A DNA stretch of 62,836 bases, counting the filler. It is 13 parts of 13 records of this genome, joined end to end, with 100 filler letters (N's around TTAATTAATTAA, not from the genome) between each part and the next. Parts side by side here need not be neighbours in the genome. Positions count along the whole stretch, not along the records: positions 1 to 5,784 come from SRR11831580_2612; positions 5,885 to 9,740 come from SRR11831580_2628; positions 9,841 to 13,354 come from SRR11831580_2662; 10 more parts are not named here. One strand, written 5' to 3'. The notes below the pieces were generated by a model. It worked only from the letters and a program-made list of their open reading frames with translations, made no database searches and was not told where the DNA came from. Shown here piece by piece: positions 1 through 10,979 of this stretch. Position 1 is the first letter of the stretch, and each line of letters begins with the position of its first letter. Position numbers and translations under genes: made by a program.

Positions 1-52
1 TTTTTCATTTATTATGTTCACTCTCTTATCTATATATTTATAAGGCAATTAA

Positions 53-1108
53 ATGAAAAGGAATTTATTATCTTCCGCTATTATAGTCGCCATCATGTCC
101 CTCGGTCTGACGGGTTGTGATGATAAAAAAGCCGAAACAGAAACGCTCCCGCCTGCCAATAGTCAACCTGCCGCACCAGCTCCTGAAGCGAAACCTACTG
201 AAGCTCCCGTTGCAAAAGCAGAAGCTAAACCTGAAACACCTGCGCAACCGGTGGTCGATGAACAAGCGGTTTTCGACGAAAAAATGGATGTCTATATCAA
301 GTGCTACAACAAGTTACAGATCCCGGTACAGCGCAGTCTGGCGCGTTATGCTGACTGGCTGAAAGATTTTAAACAGGGGCCTACCGGTGAAGAGCGTACT
401 GTTTATGGCATCTACGGCATTAGTGAATCCAACCTCGCTGAGTGTGAAAAAGGCGTAAAAAGTGCTGTGGCGTTAACGCCTGCGCTGCAACCAATTGATG
501 GCGTGGCGGTGAGTTATATCGATGCTGCCGTGGCGTTGGGTAATACCATTAACGAAATGGATAAATATTACACCCAGGAAAATTATAAAGACGATGCGTT
601 TGCGAAAGGGAAAACGCTGCACCAGACATTCTTAAAAAATCTGGAAGCCTTTGAACCTGTAGCCGAATCTTATCATGCGGCGATTCAGGAAATTAATGAT
701 AAGCGTCAGCTTGCGGAACTGAAAAATATTGAAGAAAGAGAAGGGAAAACATTCCACTACTACTCTCTGGCAGTCATGATTTCAGCGAAACAAATTAATA
801 ACCTGATATCGCAAGATAAGTTTGATGCAGAAGCGGCAATGAAGAAAGTGTCTGAACTGGAAACGCTAGTGGCGCAGGCCAAAGAAGCGGATAAAGGCGG
901 CATGAATTTCTCGTTTATTAATTCGGCAGGCCAGTATCAACTCGAGGCTAAAAAATACGTTCGCCGCATCAGAGATAAAGTCCCGTACTCTGACTGGGAT
1001 AAAGAGCAACTTCAGGACGCAAACTCAAGCTGGATGGTCGAAGACTCTTTCCCGAGAGCATTACGCGAGTACAACGAAATGGTTGATGACTATAATAGCC
1101 TGCGTTAA
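53..1108 (+). CDS. yiiG: DUF3829-family lipoprotein YiiG
   Basis: 351-aa ORF with lipobox (LTGC) and Pro/Ala-rich linker; convergent with frvR as in E. coli K-12. Confidence 0.9.
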   Translation: MKRNLLSSAIIVAIMSLGLTGCDDKKAETETLPPANSQPAAPAPEAKPTEAPVAKAEAKPETPAQPVVDEQAVFDEKMDVYIKCYNKLQIPVQRSLARYADWLKDFKQGPTGEERTVYGIYGISESNLAECEKGVKSAVALTPALQPIDGVAVSYIDAAVALGNTINEMDKYYTQENYKDDAFAKGKTLHQTFLKNLEAFEPVAESYHAAIQEINDKRQLAELKNIEEREGKTFHYYSLAVMISAKQINNLISQDKFDAEAAMKKVSELETLVAQAKEADKGGMNFSFINSAGQYQLEAKKYVRRIRDKVPYSDWDKEQLQDANSSWMVEDSFPRALREYNEMVDDYNSLR

Positions 1109-1129
1109 ACGTTTTTGATGATAAATGCA

Positions 1130-1154
1130 GTGTCGGATGCGGCGCATCCGACAC
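1130..1154. repeat. REP-like palindrome / hairpin between convergent yiiG and frvR
   Basis: gtgtcggatgc-ggc-gcatccgacac perfect inverted repeat with REP-like core. Confidence 0.7.
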
Positions 1155-1157
1155 AGT

Positions 1158-2906
1158 TCACCCCTTGTGAAGTAACTCCATAAATGCCTCATATCCTGTT
1201 AACCCGGCAATAATCTCCGCCGGATGCTGACACAATATGCTTGCCAGATAGCTAAATATTTTTAGCTCATGACGCGCATCGGCGGCGGCGCAGGCGATCA
1301 AGACATGGTTAATGACTTCGTTATTCACCTCAACTGGTTGGGCGAGGGTAATAAAAAATCCACGAAAACGTCGCTCCTGTTCGCTCCAGCAATGTGGGAT
1401 GGCGAGGCGATTAACAATCAGGTTTTCACCTTCGCCTTCGCGGGCGATGATGCGTTGTGCTTCATCGGCGGTAATATGGTGTTGTGCGACTAATTGCGCA
1501 CAAATTTGCCGGGTAATATGTTGCCAGCTTTCACCGCGTACATTCGAATAATGAAAACTTCCGGGGGCAGAGAAAAAACGCTCCGGCTGTTGGCGAATAA
1601 ATGCCGTCGCCAGAAAATGTTTTATTTGTTCGATACCGGCAGCCGTAATGATATTTTTTACGGTGATGTAATTATTTACCGCGTCATCCAGTAAATAATG
1701 GCTGTTGTTAATGATCAATAACGGCTCAATCTCTTCGCGAATGGCAACAAGTTCGCTTAAGCTACGGGCAATAATTACCCGACAATTTAAAACATCGCGC
1801 TCAATGGCGAGCTGATTAATAGTGGCAATCGCGTTCTGGTCCGAGAGCAAAATGATCGGCTGGCGTTCGTTTTGATGCCGCTCCAGCGCACAGGCAAAAT
1901 ACAAACCGATCAGATCGCTGTCGAAAAGGGGAATATCGAGCTGTTCACGCAGTAGCGTAATAAAGTGCAGACTCATATCAAAGGCCGCAGGCCAGGCGGC
2001 TTTCAGGTTATTCATGCTGCTCTGGCGGTGCTCAGCAATCCACACTGGTGCGGCAAGGCAACGTAATAAATGCCCGGTAATATTCTCAACCAGCTGCGCA
2101 TCAATAATATTCAATGACGCGATGCCCGGCACCCTTTGCAGCAACCCCTGCACATTATCGGCTGAAATTACCTGCGCTTGCTGATGCTGTTTCTCTATCA
2201 AACCCGTCAGGGTTCTTACAGCGTTATCACCAAGAAACAGACCGCTATGTTCAACGATTTGTTTTATCTCGTCACCGGGATATTGCGGCCACTCATCGGT
2301 CAGTTGATTACGCAGGGCGTAAATCGCCAGAATCAGGCTGGAGAGATAATCACCCTGCATGAGCGGCCAGCGGTGTTGGTTGTCGCAGGCCGTGGATAAA
2401 TGCTGAAGGTTGTCTCGTGTTATGCCCGCCAGCGGAATTAAAAACGGATCTTTGCGCAGCAAGTTCGCCAGCAAGATAACGCGTTTCTCTTCTGTCTCAT
2501 CAATGAAATGGCCCAAACCAGGGCGGCTGGCCAGGCAACAAGTGCGTTCATAACGCTGTTTTAACCGGGGCAGACGCTCTGCTACCCACGTTTCTGGCAA
2601 ATTAAGCGCCGAGGCGAGTTGCGCACGGGGAGTGAAAGTATTCAGTAATAACAGCGCCAGCAGCCGATCGTCGTTATCGTGCTTTTGCAGCAACTGAAAA
2701 AAGCTGCGGCGCTCGAAGATTTCCAGCTGATAGCCCGCACTGCCACTGGCGAAAATGCGGGCTTTGCCGTTAAGGGTGAAGTTGAGATAGTCAATATCAC
2801 GCAGGATGGTCCTGCCTGAAACGCCAGTCTGTTGCGCCAGCTCGCCAGGCGTGCGCGGCTGTTGCTCCAGCAGATCGACAATCTTTAACTGGCGTTCGTT
2901 TAGCAT
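1158..2906 (-). CDS. frvR: Putative frv operon regulator (HTH, PRD, EIIA-like)
   Basis: 582-aa ORF, N-terminal HTH (VSGRTILRDI), C-terminal EIIA-like AIPH motif. Confidence 0.93.
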   Translation of the reverse strand: MLNERQLKIVDLLEQQPRTPGELAQQTGVSGRTILRDIDYLNFTLNGKARIFASGSAGYQLEIFERRSFFQLLQKHDNDDRLLALLLLNTFTPRAQLASALNLPETWVAERLPRLKQRYERTCCLASRPGLGHFIDETEEKRVILLANLLRKDPFLIPLAGITRDNLQHLSTACDNQHRWPLMQGDYLSSLILAIYALRNQLTDEWPQYPGDEIKQIVEHSGLFLGDNAVRTLTGLIEKQHQQAQVISADNVQGLLQRVPGIASLNIIDAQLVENITGHLLRCLAAPVWIAEHRQSSMNNLKAAWPAAFDMSLHFITLLREQLDIPLFDSDLIGLYFACALERHQNERQPIILLSDQNAIATINQLAIERDVLNCRVIIARSLSELVAIREEIEPLLIINNSHYLLDDAVNNYITVKNIITAAGIEQIKHFLATAFIRQQPERFFSAPGSFHYSNVRGESWQHITRQICAQLVAQHHITADEAQRIIAREGEGENLIVNRLAIPHCWSEQERRFRGFFITLAQPVEVNNEVINHVLIACAAADARHELKIFSYLASILCQHPAEIIAGLTGYEAFMELLHKG

Positions 2907-3976
2907 TAATCCACCTGACGGAACTGGCTAAACGCGTTGACTTTCTCCGCAGTTAAGGTCGTCAGAAAACCCCGTATCAGCGTGAGCAGAGCTTCGTAAT
3001 CGGCTTTTGAAATCATACCGCTGTTGGCGTGCAGATAACGAGTTGGCAGACACAGCGCGACAACCGGACGCCCGCCGCCCATCACGTTGTAGCGCCCGCC
3101 ATCCGTCGCACCGGTTTTCATGGTGGAAAATTGCAGCGGTAAATCGTTATGTGCGGCACAGCTTTTTAACGCTGCTACCAGTTTCTGGTTGGGGAAGTAG
3201 CGCTTGTCAAACAGCATCAGCCCCGGCCCCTGGCCCAGTTTCAGCGGGTATTTAATGTTATCAATGCCCGGAACATCGCCCGCTACGGCGGTATCCAACA
3301 CGATCACGACGTCCGGTTTAATGTGTTCCGCCGAGGTTTGCGCCCCGCGTAGCCCAACTTCTTCTTCCACACTGCCAACGCCATACAGCGTAATTTCGGG
3401 ATTATTCACCGTCTGCAATAGTTCAGCCATCATTGCGCAGCCGATGCGGTTATCCAACGCCTTGCCGACCACTTTATCTTCGCCCCAGCAGGCAAAATTG
3501 GCTTCCGGGCTAATAAAATTACCAATTTCCACGCCGCGCTTTTCCACCTCTTCGCGACTGTTCGCGCCAATATCAATGAACATCTCATCAAATGACAGCG
3601 GTTGTTGCTTTTGCTTTTCCGTTAACGCATGAGGCGCGACGGAACCAATCACACCAGGGATTTTCACTCCCTTGTGTGTGCGTATGGTTACCCGGTGGTT
3701 GAGCATCGACTGATTCCACCAGCCGCCAATGGTGGTAAAACGCAGAAAACCGCTCTCGTCGATGTGGGTGACCATAAAGCCGACTTCATCCATATGTCCG
3801 ACAACGGCAACTTTTGGACCTTTATTCCCCTTACGGGCAACAAAGCTGCCCAGACCATCGAAGGTGATTTCATTCACGCAAGGTTCCAGCGTGTTTATCA
3901 GAATGTCGCGAACTTCCTGTTCATCGCCGCTGACGGCGCTGGCTTCGCACAACTGTTGCAGTAACTCAATGTTCAT
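2906..3976 (-). CDS. frvX: M42-family aminopeptidase FrvX
   Basis: GHMDEVG, KALDNR, EEEVGLRGA motifs; ATG at 3976 gives 356 aa. Confidence 0.93.
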   Translation of the reverse strand: MNIELLQQLCEASAVSGDEQEVRDILINTLEPCVNEITFDGLGSFVARKGNKGPKVAVVGHMDEVGFMVTHIDESGFLRFTTIGGWWNQSMLNHRVTIRTHKGVKIPGVIGSVAPHALTEKQKQQPLSFDEMFIDIGANSREEVEKRGVEIGNFISPEANFACWGEDKVVGKALDNRIGCAMMAELLQTVNNPEITLYGVGSVEEEVGLRGAQTSAEHIKPDVVIVLDTAVAGDVPGIDNIKYPLKLGQGPGLMLFDKRYFPNQKLVAALKSCAAHNDLPLQFSTMKTGATDGGRYNVMGGGRPVVALCLPTRYLHANSGMISKADYEALLTLIRGFLTTLTAEKVNAFSQFRQVD

Positions 3977-5417
3977 GGACAAGCTCCTGTTGCGCGGCTT
4001 TCGCTTTGCGGCGTAACCACAATCCTTTCAGGACGATAATGAATGAAATGTTCAGCGCGAGGCCAATCGCCAGCACCAGATAAAACGAACCCACCGGCGA
4101 CATCAGGCCGATCAGCGGGTCAAAGATACCCAAACCAGGTGCCAGACGTTTGATTCCGAAAGCGATCACCAGCACGCCGGTAATGCCGCCCGCCAGCGTA
4201 TTGGCGGTAATCATCGGCAACGGAGCTGCCAGAGCGTAAGGAATAGCCGGTTCGGTTGCGACTGTGGCACCGACCACAATGGCACTACTGGCAGCCTCTT
4301 TTTCCTGTCGGGTAAACAGTTTGGGCGCAATGAACGTCGCAAGACCCGCCGCGACGGGCGGCATCAGCGCGACAACGCCGACGATGGCGTACCAGTCATA
4401 AATGTGTTTTTCCAGCAGTGAGAAGCAGAAGAACCAGGCGGTTTTATTGATGGGGCCGCCCATATCGAACGCCAGCATCGCACCGACCAGAAACGCTGCC
4501 GCAAACTTCATTGATGGAGGAATGGTATTCAGGAAGTGGAGCAGCCCGCCCATGAGGTCGGACATCACCGGCCCGATAACGTAGTAAGTGAGCACGCCGA
4601 AAACCAGCAGAGTAACGAACGGGATCAGCATTGAACCGAGCAGCGGTTGTAATGCTTTGCCAAGGCGCACTTTGCGGAACCAGAAGACGAAATAGCCAAT
4701 CGCCAGCCCCAGCACCACCGCGCCGAGGAATCCCGCACCCGACTGGGTGCCGAGCAGCGCTTTGTCGTTCGCCAGATAGCAAACCAGAAACGCCGGAGCG
4801 AAAGCCGGTTTATCGGCAATCGACGAGGCAATATAAGCGCCCATGATGGGGATCATAAAGGTGAAGCCAAGGTAACCGATGGATTCAACTACCCAGGTAA
4901 ACGACGGCGCGCCTTTCGACATATCGGTATACGGCAAACCGAACTGCACCAGCATGTTGGCAAGCGCCACCAGGATACCACCGCCGATGACAAACGGCAG
5001 CGCCGCAGAGACGCCCGCCATCAGGTGGCTCATCACGCTACCGCTTTGCACTTCCTGTTTGCCAAGCTTCACGCCGCTATCTGCGGCAAAAAGCTGCGAG
5101 TTTGTCGGTAATTCGCTGAAAATCTGGTCGATATTTTTCAACGCCTGGGAGATGGCAATCTCATAAACTTTCTTCCCGGCAAACCGCGCGCGATCATCAC
5201 CGCTCAGGCCACGCCCGGTAGCGAGAATGACGTAATCGGCAGCGGCAATCTCTTCGCTGGATAAGCGGTTTTCAACGCCACTGGACCCTTGAGTTTCCAC
5301 TTTTATGGTATGACCGAGAGAACGGGCTTTCTGTTCCAGGGCTTCCGCCACCATGTAGGTGTGAGCGATCCCGGCGGGGCAGTTGGTGATCGCGACAATA
5401 CGTAAGGATGACTCCAT
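3966..5417 (-). CDS. frvB: PTS fructose-like EIIBC component
   Basis: CPAGIAHT EIIB motif followed by hydrophobic EIIC domain. Confidence 0.93.
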   Translation of the reverse strand: MESSLRIVAITNCPAGIAHTYMVAEALEQKARSLGHTIKVETQGSSGVENRLSSEEIAAADYVILATGRGLSGDDRARFAGKKVYEIAISQALKNIDQIFSELPTNSQLFAADSGVKLGKQEVQSGSVMSHLMAGVSAALPFVIGGGILVALANMLVQFGLPYTDMSKGAPSFTWVVESIGYLGFTFMIPIMGAYIASSIADKPAFAPAFLVCYLANDKALLGTQSGAGFLGAVVLGLAIGYFVFWFRKVRLGKALQPLLGSMLIPFVTLLVFGVLTYYVIGPVMSDLMGGLLHFLNTIPPSMKFAAAFLVGAMLAFDMGGPINKTAWFFCFSLLEKHIYDWYAIVGVVALMPPVAAGLATFIAPKLFTRQEKEAASSAIVVGATVATEPAIPYALAAPLPMITANTLAGGITGVLVIAFGIKRLAPGLGIFDPLIGLMSPVGSFYLVLAIGLALNISFIIVLKGLWLRRKAKAAQQELVHEH

Positions 5418-5427
5418 CGCCACTTCC

Positions 5428-5784
5428 TTATGAGCTGAGGGTTTGATTTAACAAGGCAAGCACCTGGTCGGTATCGCCCTGTTGCAGTTGATGAATAAAT
5501 TCCTTGTGAATAATTTTGCGACACAGTGTGCCGATGATTTTGACCTGATCCTCTTCGCCGCTTTGCGGCACGCCGAGGCAGATCCAGCAATTGACGTCTT
5601 CGCCATCGCTGGCTTTCCAGTCAATAGCCTGCGCTTTGCGGGCGAATAATACGAACGGTTGTTTAACGCAGGCGCTTTTACCGTGCGGCACGGCGACACC
5701 GGAACCAAATCCAGTAGAGTGCATTTTTTCGCGCAGCAGCAGGGTTTGCAGGAACTGGTGTGAGTCGGTGATAAAACCGTTTTG
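5428..5784 (-). CDS. frvA: PTS fructose-like EIIA component (5' truncated by contig end)
   Basis: STGFGSGVAVPH EIIA motif; frv operon order. Confidence 0.88.
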   Translation of the reverse strand, partial: QNGFITDSHQFLQTLLLREKMHSTGFGSGVAVPHGKSACVKQPFVLFARKAQAIDWKASDGEDVNCWICLGVPQSGEEDQVKIIGTLCRKIIHKEFIHQLQQGDTDQVLALLNQTLSS

Positions 5785-5884
5785 NNNNNNNNNNNNNNNN
5801 NNNNNNNNNNNNNNNNNNNNNNNNNNNNTTAATTAATTAANNNNNNNNNNNNNNNNNNNNNNNNNNNNNNNNNNNNNNNNNNNN
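5785..5884. other. Artificial 100-nt scaffold spacer; also at 9741-9840, 13355-13454, 21067-21166, 28362-28461, 30698-30797, 38592-38691, 43818-43917, 48227-48326, 51231-51330, 55419-55518, 59792-59891
   Basis: Identical N44-TTAATTAATTAA-N44 block (stops in all six frames) between unrelated loci. Confidence 0.98.
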
Positions 5885-5894
5885 CCCCCACAAG

Positions 5895-6037
5895 AATTGG
5901 CCCTACCAATTCTTCGCTTATCTGACCTCTGGTTCACAATTTCCCAATTAAAACTCACATCAATGTTGCCAATACATAACATTTAGTTAACCATTCATTG
6001 TCATTATCCCTACACAACACAATTGGCAGTGCCACTT
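5895..6037 (+). promoter_or_regulatory. lldP regulatory region with two LldR operator sites
   Basis: AATTGGCCCTACCAATT (5895-5911) and AATTGGCAGTGCCACTT (6021-6037) upstream of lldP. Confidence 0.8.
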
Positions 6038-6109
6038 TTACACAACGTGTGACAAGGAGATGAGCAACAGACTCATTACACGATGTGCGTGGACTCCAGG
6101 AGACCTGCA

Positions 6110-7765
6110 ATGAATCTCTGGCAACAAAACTACGATCCCGCCGGGAATATCTGGCTTTCCAGTCTGATAGCATCGCTTCCCATCCTGTTTTTCTTCTTTG
6201 CGCTGATTAAGCTCAAACTGAAAGGATACGTCGCCGCCTCGTGGACGGTGGCAATCGCCCTTGCCGTGGCTTTGCTGTTCTATAAAATGCCGGTCGCTAA
6301 CGCGCTGGCCTCGGTGGTTTATGGTTTCTTCTACGGGTTGTGGCCCATCGCGTGGATCATTATTGCAGCGGTGTTCGTCTATAAGATCTCGGTGAAAACC
6401 GGGCAGTTTGACATCATTCGCTCGTCTATTCTTTCGATAACCCCTGACCAGCGTCTGCAAATGCTGATCGTCGGTTTCTGTTTCGGCGCGTTCCTTGAAG
6501 GAGCCGCAGGCTTTGGCGCACCGGTAGCAATTACCGCCGCATTGCTGGTCGGCCTGGGTTTTAAACCGCTGTACGCCGCCGGGCTGTGCCTGATTGTTAA
6601 CACCGCGCCAGTGGCATTTGGTGCGATGGGCATTCCAATCCTGGTTGCCGGACAGGTAACAGGTATCGACAGCTTTGAGATTGGTCAGATGGTGGGGCGG
6701 CAGCTACCGTTTATGACCATTATCGTGCTGTTCTGGATCATGGCGATTATGGACGGCTGGCGCGGTATCAAAGAGACGTGGCCTGCGGTCGTGGTTGCGG
6801 GCGGCTCGTTTGCCATCGCTCAGTACCTTAGCTCTAACTTCATTGGGCCGGAGCTGCCGGACATTATCTCTTCGCTGGTATCACTGCTCTGCCTGACGCT
6901 GTTCCTCAAACGCTGGCAGCCAGTGCGTGTATTCCGTTTTGGTGATTTGGGGGCGTCACAGGTTGATATGACGCTGGCCCACACCGGTTACACTGCGGGT
7001 CAGGTGTTACGTGCCTGGACACCGTTCCTGTTCCTGACAGCTACCGTAACACTGTGGAGTATCCCGCCGTTTAAAGCCCTGTTCGCATCGGGTGGCGCGC
7101 TGTATGAGTGGGTGATCAATATTCCGGTGCCGTACCTCGATAAACTGGTTGCCCGTATGCCGCCAGTGGTCAGCGAGGCTACAGCCTATGCCGCCGTGTT
7201 TAAGTTTGACTGGTTCTCTGCCACCGGCACCGCCATTCTGTTTGCTGCACTGCTCTCGATTGTCTGGCTGAAGATGAAACCGTCTGACGCTATCAGCACC
7301 TTCGGCAGCACGCTGAAAGAACTGGCTCTGCCCATCTACTCCATCGGTATGGTGCTGGCATTCGCCTTTATTTCGAACTATTCCGGACTGTCATCAACAC
7401 TGGCGCTGGCACTGGCGCACACCGGTCATGCATTCACCTTCTTCTCGCCGTTCCTCGGCTGGCTGGGGGTATTCCTGACCGGGTCGGATACCTCATCTAA
7501 CGCCCTGTTCGCCGCGCTGCAAGCCACCGCAGCACAACAAATTGGCGTCTCTGATCTGTTGCTGGTTGCCGCCAATACCACCGGTGGCGTCACCGGTAAG
7601 ATGATCTCCCCGCAATCTATCGCTATCGCCTGTGCGGCGGTAGGCCTGGTGGGCAAAGAGTCTGATTTGTTCCGCTTTACTGTCAAACACAGCCTGATCT
7701 TCACCTGTATAGTGGGCGTGATCACCACGCTTCAGGCTTATGTCTTAACGTGGATGATTCCTTAA
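6110..7765 (+). CDS. lldP: L-lactate permease
   Basis: 551 aa from MNLWQQ; polytopic membrane protein with EGAAGFGAP motif. Confidence 0.96.
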   Translation: MNLWQQNYDPAGNIWLSSLIASLPILFFFFALIKLKLKGYVAASWTVAIALAVALLFYKMPVANALASVVYGFFYGLWPIAWIIIAAVFVYKISVKTGQFDIIRSSILSITPDQRLQMLIVGFCFGAFLEGAAGFGAPVAITAALLVGLGFKPLYAAGLCLIVNTAPVAFGAMGIPILVAGQVTGIDSFEIGQMVGRQLPFMTIIVLFWIMAIMDGWRGIKETWPAVVVAGGSFAIAQYLSSNFIGPELPDIISSLVSLLCLTLFLKRWQPVRVFRFGDLGASQVDMTLAHTGYTAGQVLRAWTPFLFLTATVTLWSIPPFKALFASGGALYEWVINIPVPYLDKLVARMPPVVSEATAYAAVFKFDWFSATGTAILFAALLSIVWLKMKPSDAISTFGSTLKELALPIYSIGMVLAFAFISNYSGLSSTLALALAHTGHAFTFFSPFLGWLGVFLTGSDTSSNALFAALQATAAQQIGVSDLLLVAANTTGGVTGKMISPQSIAIACAAVGLVGKESDLFRFTVKHSLIFTCIVGVITTLQAYVLTWMIP

Positions 7766-8541
7766 TGATTGTTTTACCCAGACGCCTGTCAGACGAGGTT
7801 GCCGATCGTGTGCGGGCGCTGATTGATGAAAAAAACCTGGAAGCGGGCATGAAGTTGCCCGCTGAGCGCCAACTGGCGATGCAACTCGGCGTATCACGTA
7901 ATTCACTGCGCGAGGCGCTGGCAAAACTGGTGAGTGAAGGCGTGCTGCTCAGTCGACGCGGCGGCGGGACGTTTATTCGCTGGCGTCATGACACATGGTC
8001 GGAGCAAAACATCGTCCAGCCGCTAAAAACACTGATGGCCGATGATCCGGATTACAGTTTCGATATTCTGGAAGCCCGCTACGCCATTGAAGCCAGCACC
8101 GCATGGCATGCGGCAATGCGCGCCACACCTGGCGACAAAGAAAAGATTCAGCTTTGCTTTGAAGCAACGCTAAGTGAAGACCCGGATATCGCCTCACAAG
8201 CGGACGTTCGTTTTCATCTGGCGATTGCCGAAGCCTCACATAACATCGTGCTGCTGCAAACCATGCGCGGTTTCTTCGATGTCCTGCAATCCTCAGTGAA
8301 GCATAGCCGTCAGCGGATGTATCTGGTGCCACCGGTTTTTTCACAACTGACCGAACAACATCAGGCTGTCATTGACGCCATTTTTGCCGGTGATGCTGAC
8401 GGGGCGCGTAAAGCAATGATGGCGCACCTTAGTTTTGTTCACACCACCATGAAACGATTCGATGAAGATCAGGCTCGCCACGCACGGATTACCCGCCTGC
8501 CCGGTGAGCATAATGAGCATTCGAGGGAGAAAAACGCATGA
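7765..8541 (+). CDS. lldR: GntR/FadR-family regulator LldR
   Basis: LPAERQLA...[10 protein letters not shown] wHTH; overlaps lldP stop. Confidence 0.96.
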
Positions 8542-9728
8542 TTATTTCCGCAGCCAGCGATTATCGCGCCGCAGCGCAACGCATTCTGCCGCCGTTCCTG
8601 TTCCACTATATGGATGGTGGTGCATATTCTGAATACACGCTGCGCCGCAACGTGGAAGATTTGTCAGAAGTGGCGCTGCGCCAGCGTATTCTGAAAAACA
8701 TGTCCGACTTAAGCCTGGAAACGACGCTGTTTAATGAGAAATTGTCGATGCCGGTGGCACTGGCTCCGGTGGGTTTGTGTGGCATGTATGCGCGTCGTGG
8801 CGAAGTTCAGGCAGCCAAAGCGGCGGACGCGCATGGTATTCCGTTTACTCTCTCGACGGTTTCCGTTTGCCCGATTGAAGAAGTCGCGCCAGCCATCAAG
8901 CGCCCAATGTGGTTCCAGCTTTATGTACTGCGCGATCGCGGCTTTATGCGTAACGCGCTGGAGCGAGCAAAAGCAGCGGGTTGTTCGACGCTGGTTTTCA
9001 CCGTGGATATGCCGACACCGGGCGCACGCTACCGTGATGCGCATTCAGGTATGAGCGGCCCGAACGCGGCAATGCGCCGCTACTTGCAAGCGGTGACACA
9101 TCCGCAATGGGCGTGGGATGTGGGCCTGAACGGTCGTCCACATGATTTAGGTAATATCTCAGCTTATCTCGGCAAACCGACCGGACTGGAAGATTACATC
9201 GGCTGGCTGGGGAATAACTTCGATCCGTCCATCTCATGGAAAGACCTTGAATGGATCCGCGATTTCTGGGATGGCCCGATGGTGATCAAAGGGATCCTCG
9301 ATCCGGAAGATGCGCGCGATGCAGTACGTTTTGGTGCTGATGGAATTGTGGTTTCTAACCACGGTGGCCGCCAGCTGGACGGTGTACTCTCTTCCGCCCG
9401 TGCACTGCCTGCTATTGCAGATGCGGTGAAAGGTGATATAGCCATTCTGGCGGATAGCGGAATTCGTAACGGGCTTGATGTCGTGCGTATGATTGCGCTC
9501 GGTGCCGACACCGTACTGCTGGGTCGTGCTTTCTTGTATGCGCTGGCAACAGCGGGCCAGGCGGGTGTAGCTAACCTGCTAAATCTGATCGAAAAAGAGA
9601 TGAAAGTGGCGATGACGCTGACTGGCGCGAAATCGATCAGCGAAATTACGCAAGATTCGCTGGTGCAGGGGCTGGGTAAAGAGTTGCCTGCGGCACTGGC
9701 TCCCATGGCGAAAGGGAATGCGGCATAG
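8538..9728 (+). CDS. lldD: FMN-dependent L-lactate dehydrogenase
   Basis: SNHGGRQLD motif, 396 aa. Confidence 0.97.
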
Positions 9729-9840
9729 TCGTTTGCGCCCNNNNNNNNNNNNNNNNNNNNNNNNNNNNNNNNNNNNNNNNNNNNTTAATTAATTAANNNN
9801 NNNNNNNNNNNNNNNNNNNNNNNNNNNNNNNNNNNNNNNN

Positions 9841-10979
9841 GTAAACCGGTCATGATTTTTGGACCGTTAATCGTCATCTGTATGCTCCTGATTGTGAAGC
9901 GTCTGGTGTTCGGTCTGGGCTCTGTCTCTGACCTGAACGGCGGCTTCCCGTGGGGCGTGTGGATCGCGTTTGACCTGCTGATTGGCACCGGCTTTGCCTG
10001 TGGCGGCTGGGCGCTGGCGTGGGCGGTATACGTCTTTAACCGTGGGCAATACCATCCGCTGGTGCGTCCGGCGCTGTTGGCGAGTCTGTTTGGTTACTCA
10101 CTGGGTGGCTTGTCGATCACTATCGACGTGGGTCGCTACTGGAACCTGCCGTACTTCTACATTCCGGGTCACTTCAACGTGAACTCGGTACTGTTCGAGA
10201 CGGCGGTCTGTATGACCATCTATATCGGCGTGATGGCACTGGAGTTTGCTCCGGCACTGTTTGAACGTCTGGGGTGGAAGGTGTCGCTACAGCGACTAAA
10301 CAAGGTGATGTTCTTCATCATCGCGCTCGGTGCGCTGCTGCCGACCATGCACCAGTCTTCAATGGGGTCGCTGATGATCTCGGCGGGCTACAAGGTGCAT
10401 CCGTTGTGGCAGAGCTATGAAATGTTGCCGCTGTTCTCGCTGCTGACGGCGTTCATCATGGGCTTCTCGATTGTCATCTTTGAAGGTTCGCTGGTGCAGG
10501 CGGGTCTGCGTGGCAACGGTCCGGATGAAAAGAGTCTGTTTGTTAAGCTGACCAACACCATCAGTGTGTTGCTGGCGATTTTCATCGTGCTGCGCTTTGG
10601 CGAGCTTATCTATCGCGACAAGCTGTCGTTAGCGTTTGCCGGTGACTTCTACTCCGTGATGTTCTGGATTGAAGTCCTGCTGATGCTCTTCCCGCTGGTC
10701 GTTCTGCGTGTGGCGAAGCTGCGTAATGATTCCCGCATGCTGTTCCTGTCAGCACTGAGCGCACTGTTAGGTTGTGCAACCTGGCGTCTGACCTATTCGC
10801 TGGTGGCATTCAACCCGGGCGGCGGTTACGCCTACTTCCCGACCTGGGAAGAACTGTTGATTTCTATTGGTTTTGTGGCTATTGAGATTTGCGCTTACAT
10901 CGTACTCATTCGTCTACTGCCGATACTTCCTCCTTTAAAACAAAACGATCATAATCGTCATGAGGCGAGCAAAGCATGA
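9841..10979 (+). CDS. hybB: Hydrogenase-2 membrane subunit (5' truncated)
   Basis: NrfD-like membrane protein directly upstream of hybC. Confidence 0.93.

Noticed and set aside
5829-5840. Recurrent TTAATTAATTAA palindrome as a repeat family or CRISPR-like unit
   Set aside because: Always centred in N runs; it is a synthetic six-frame-stop spacer.
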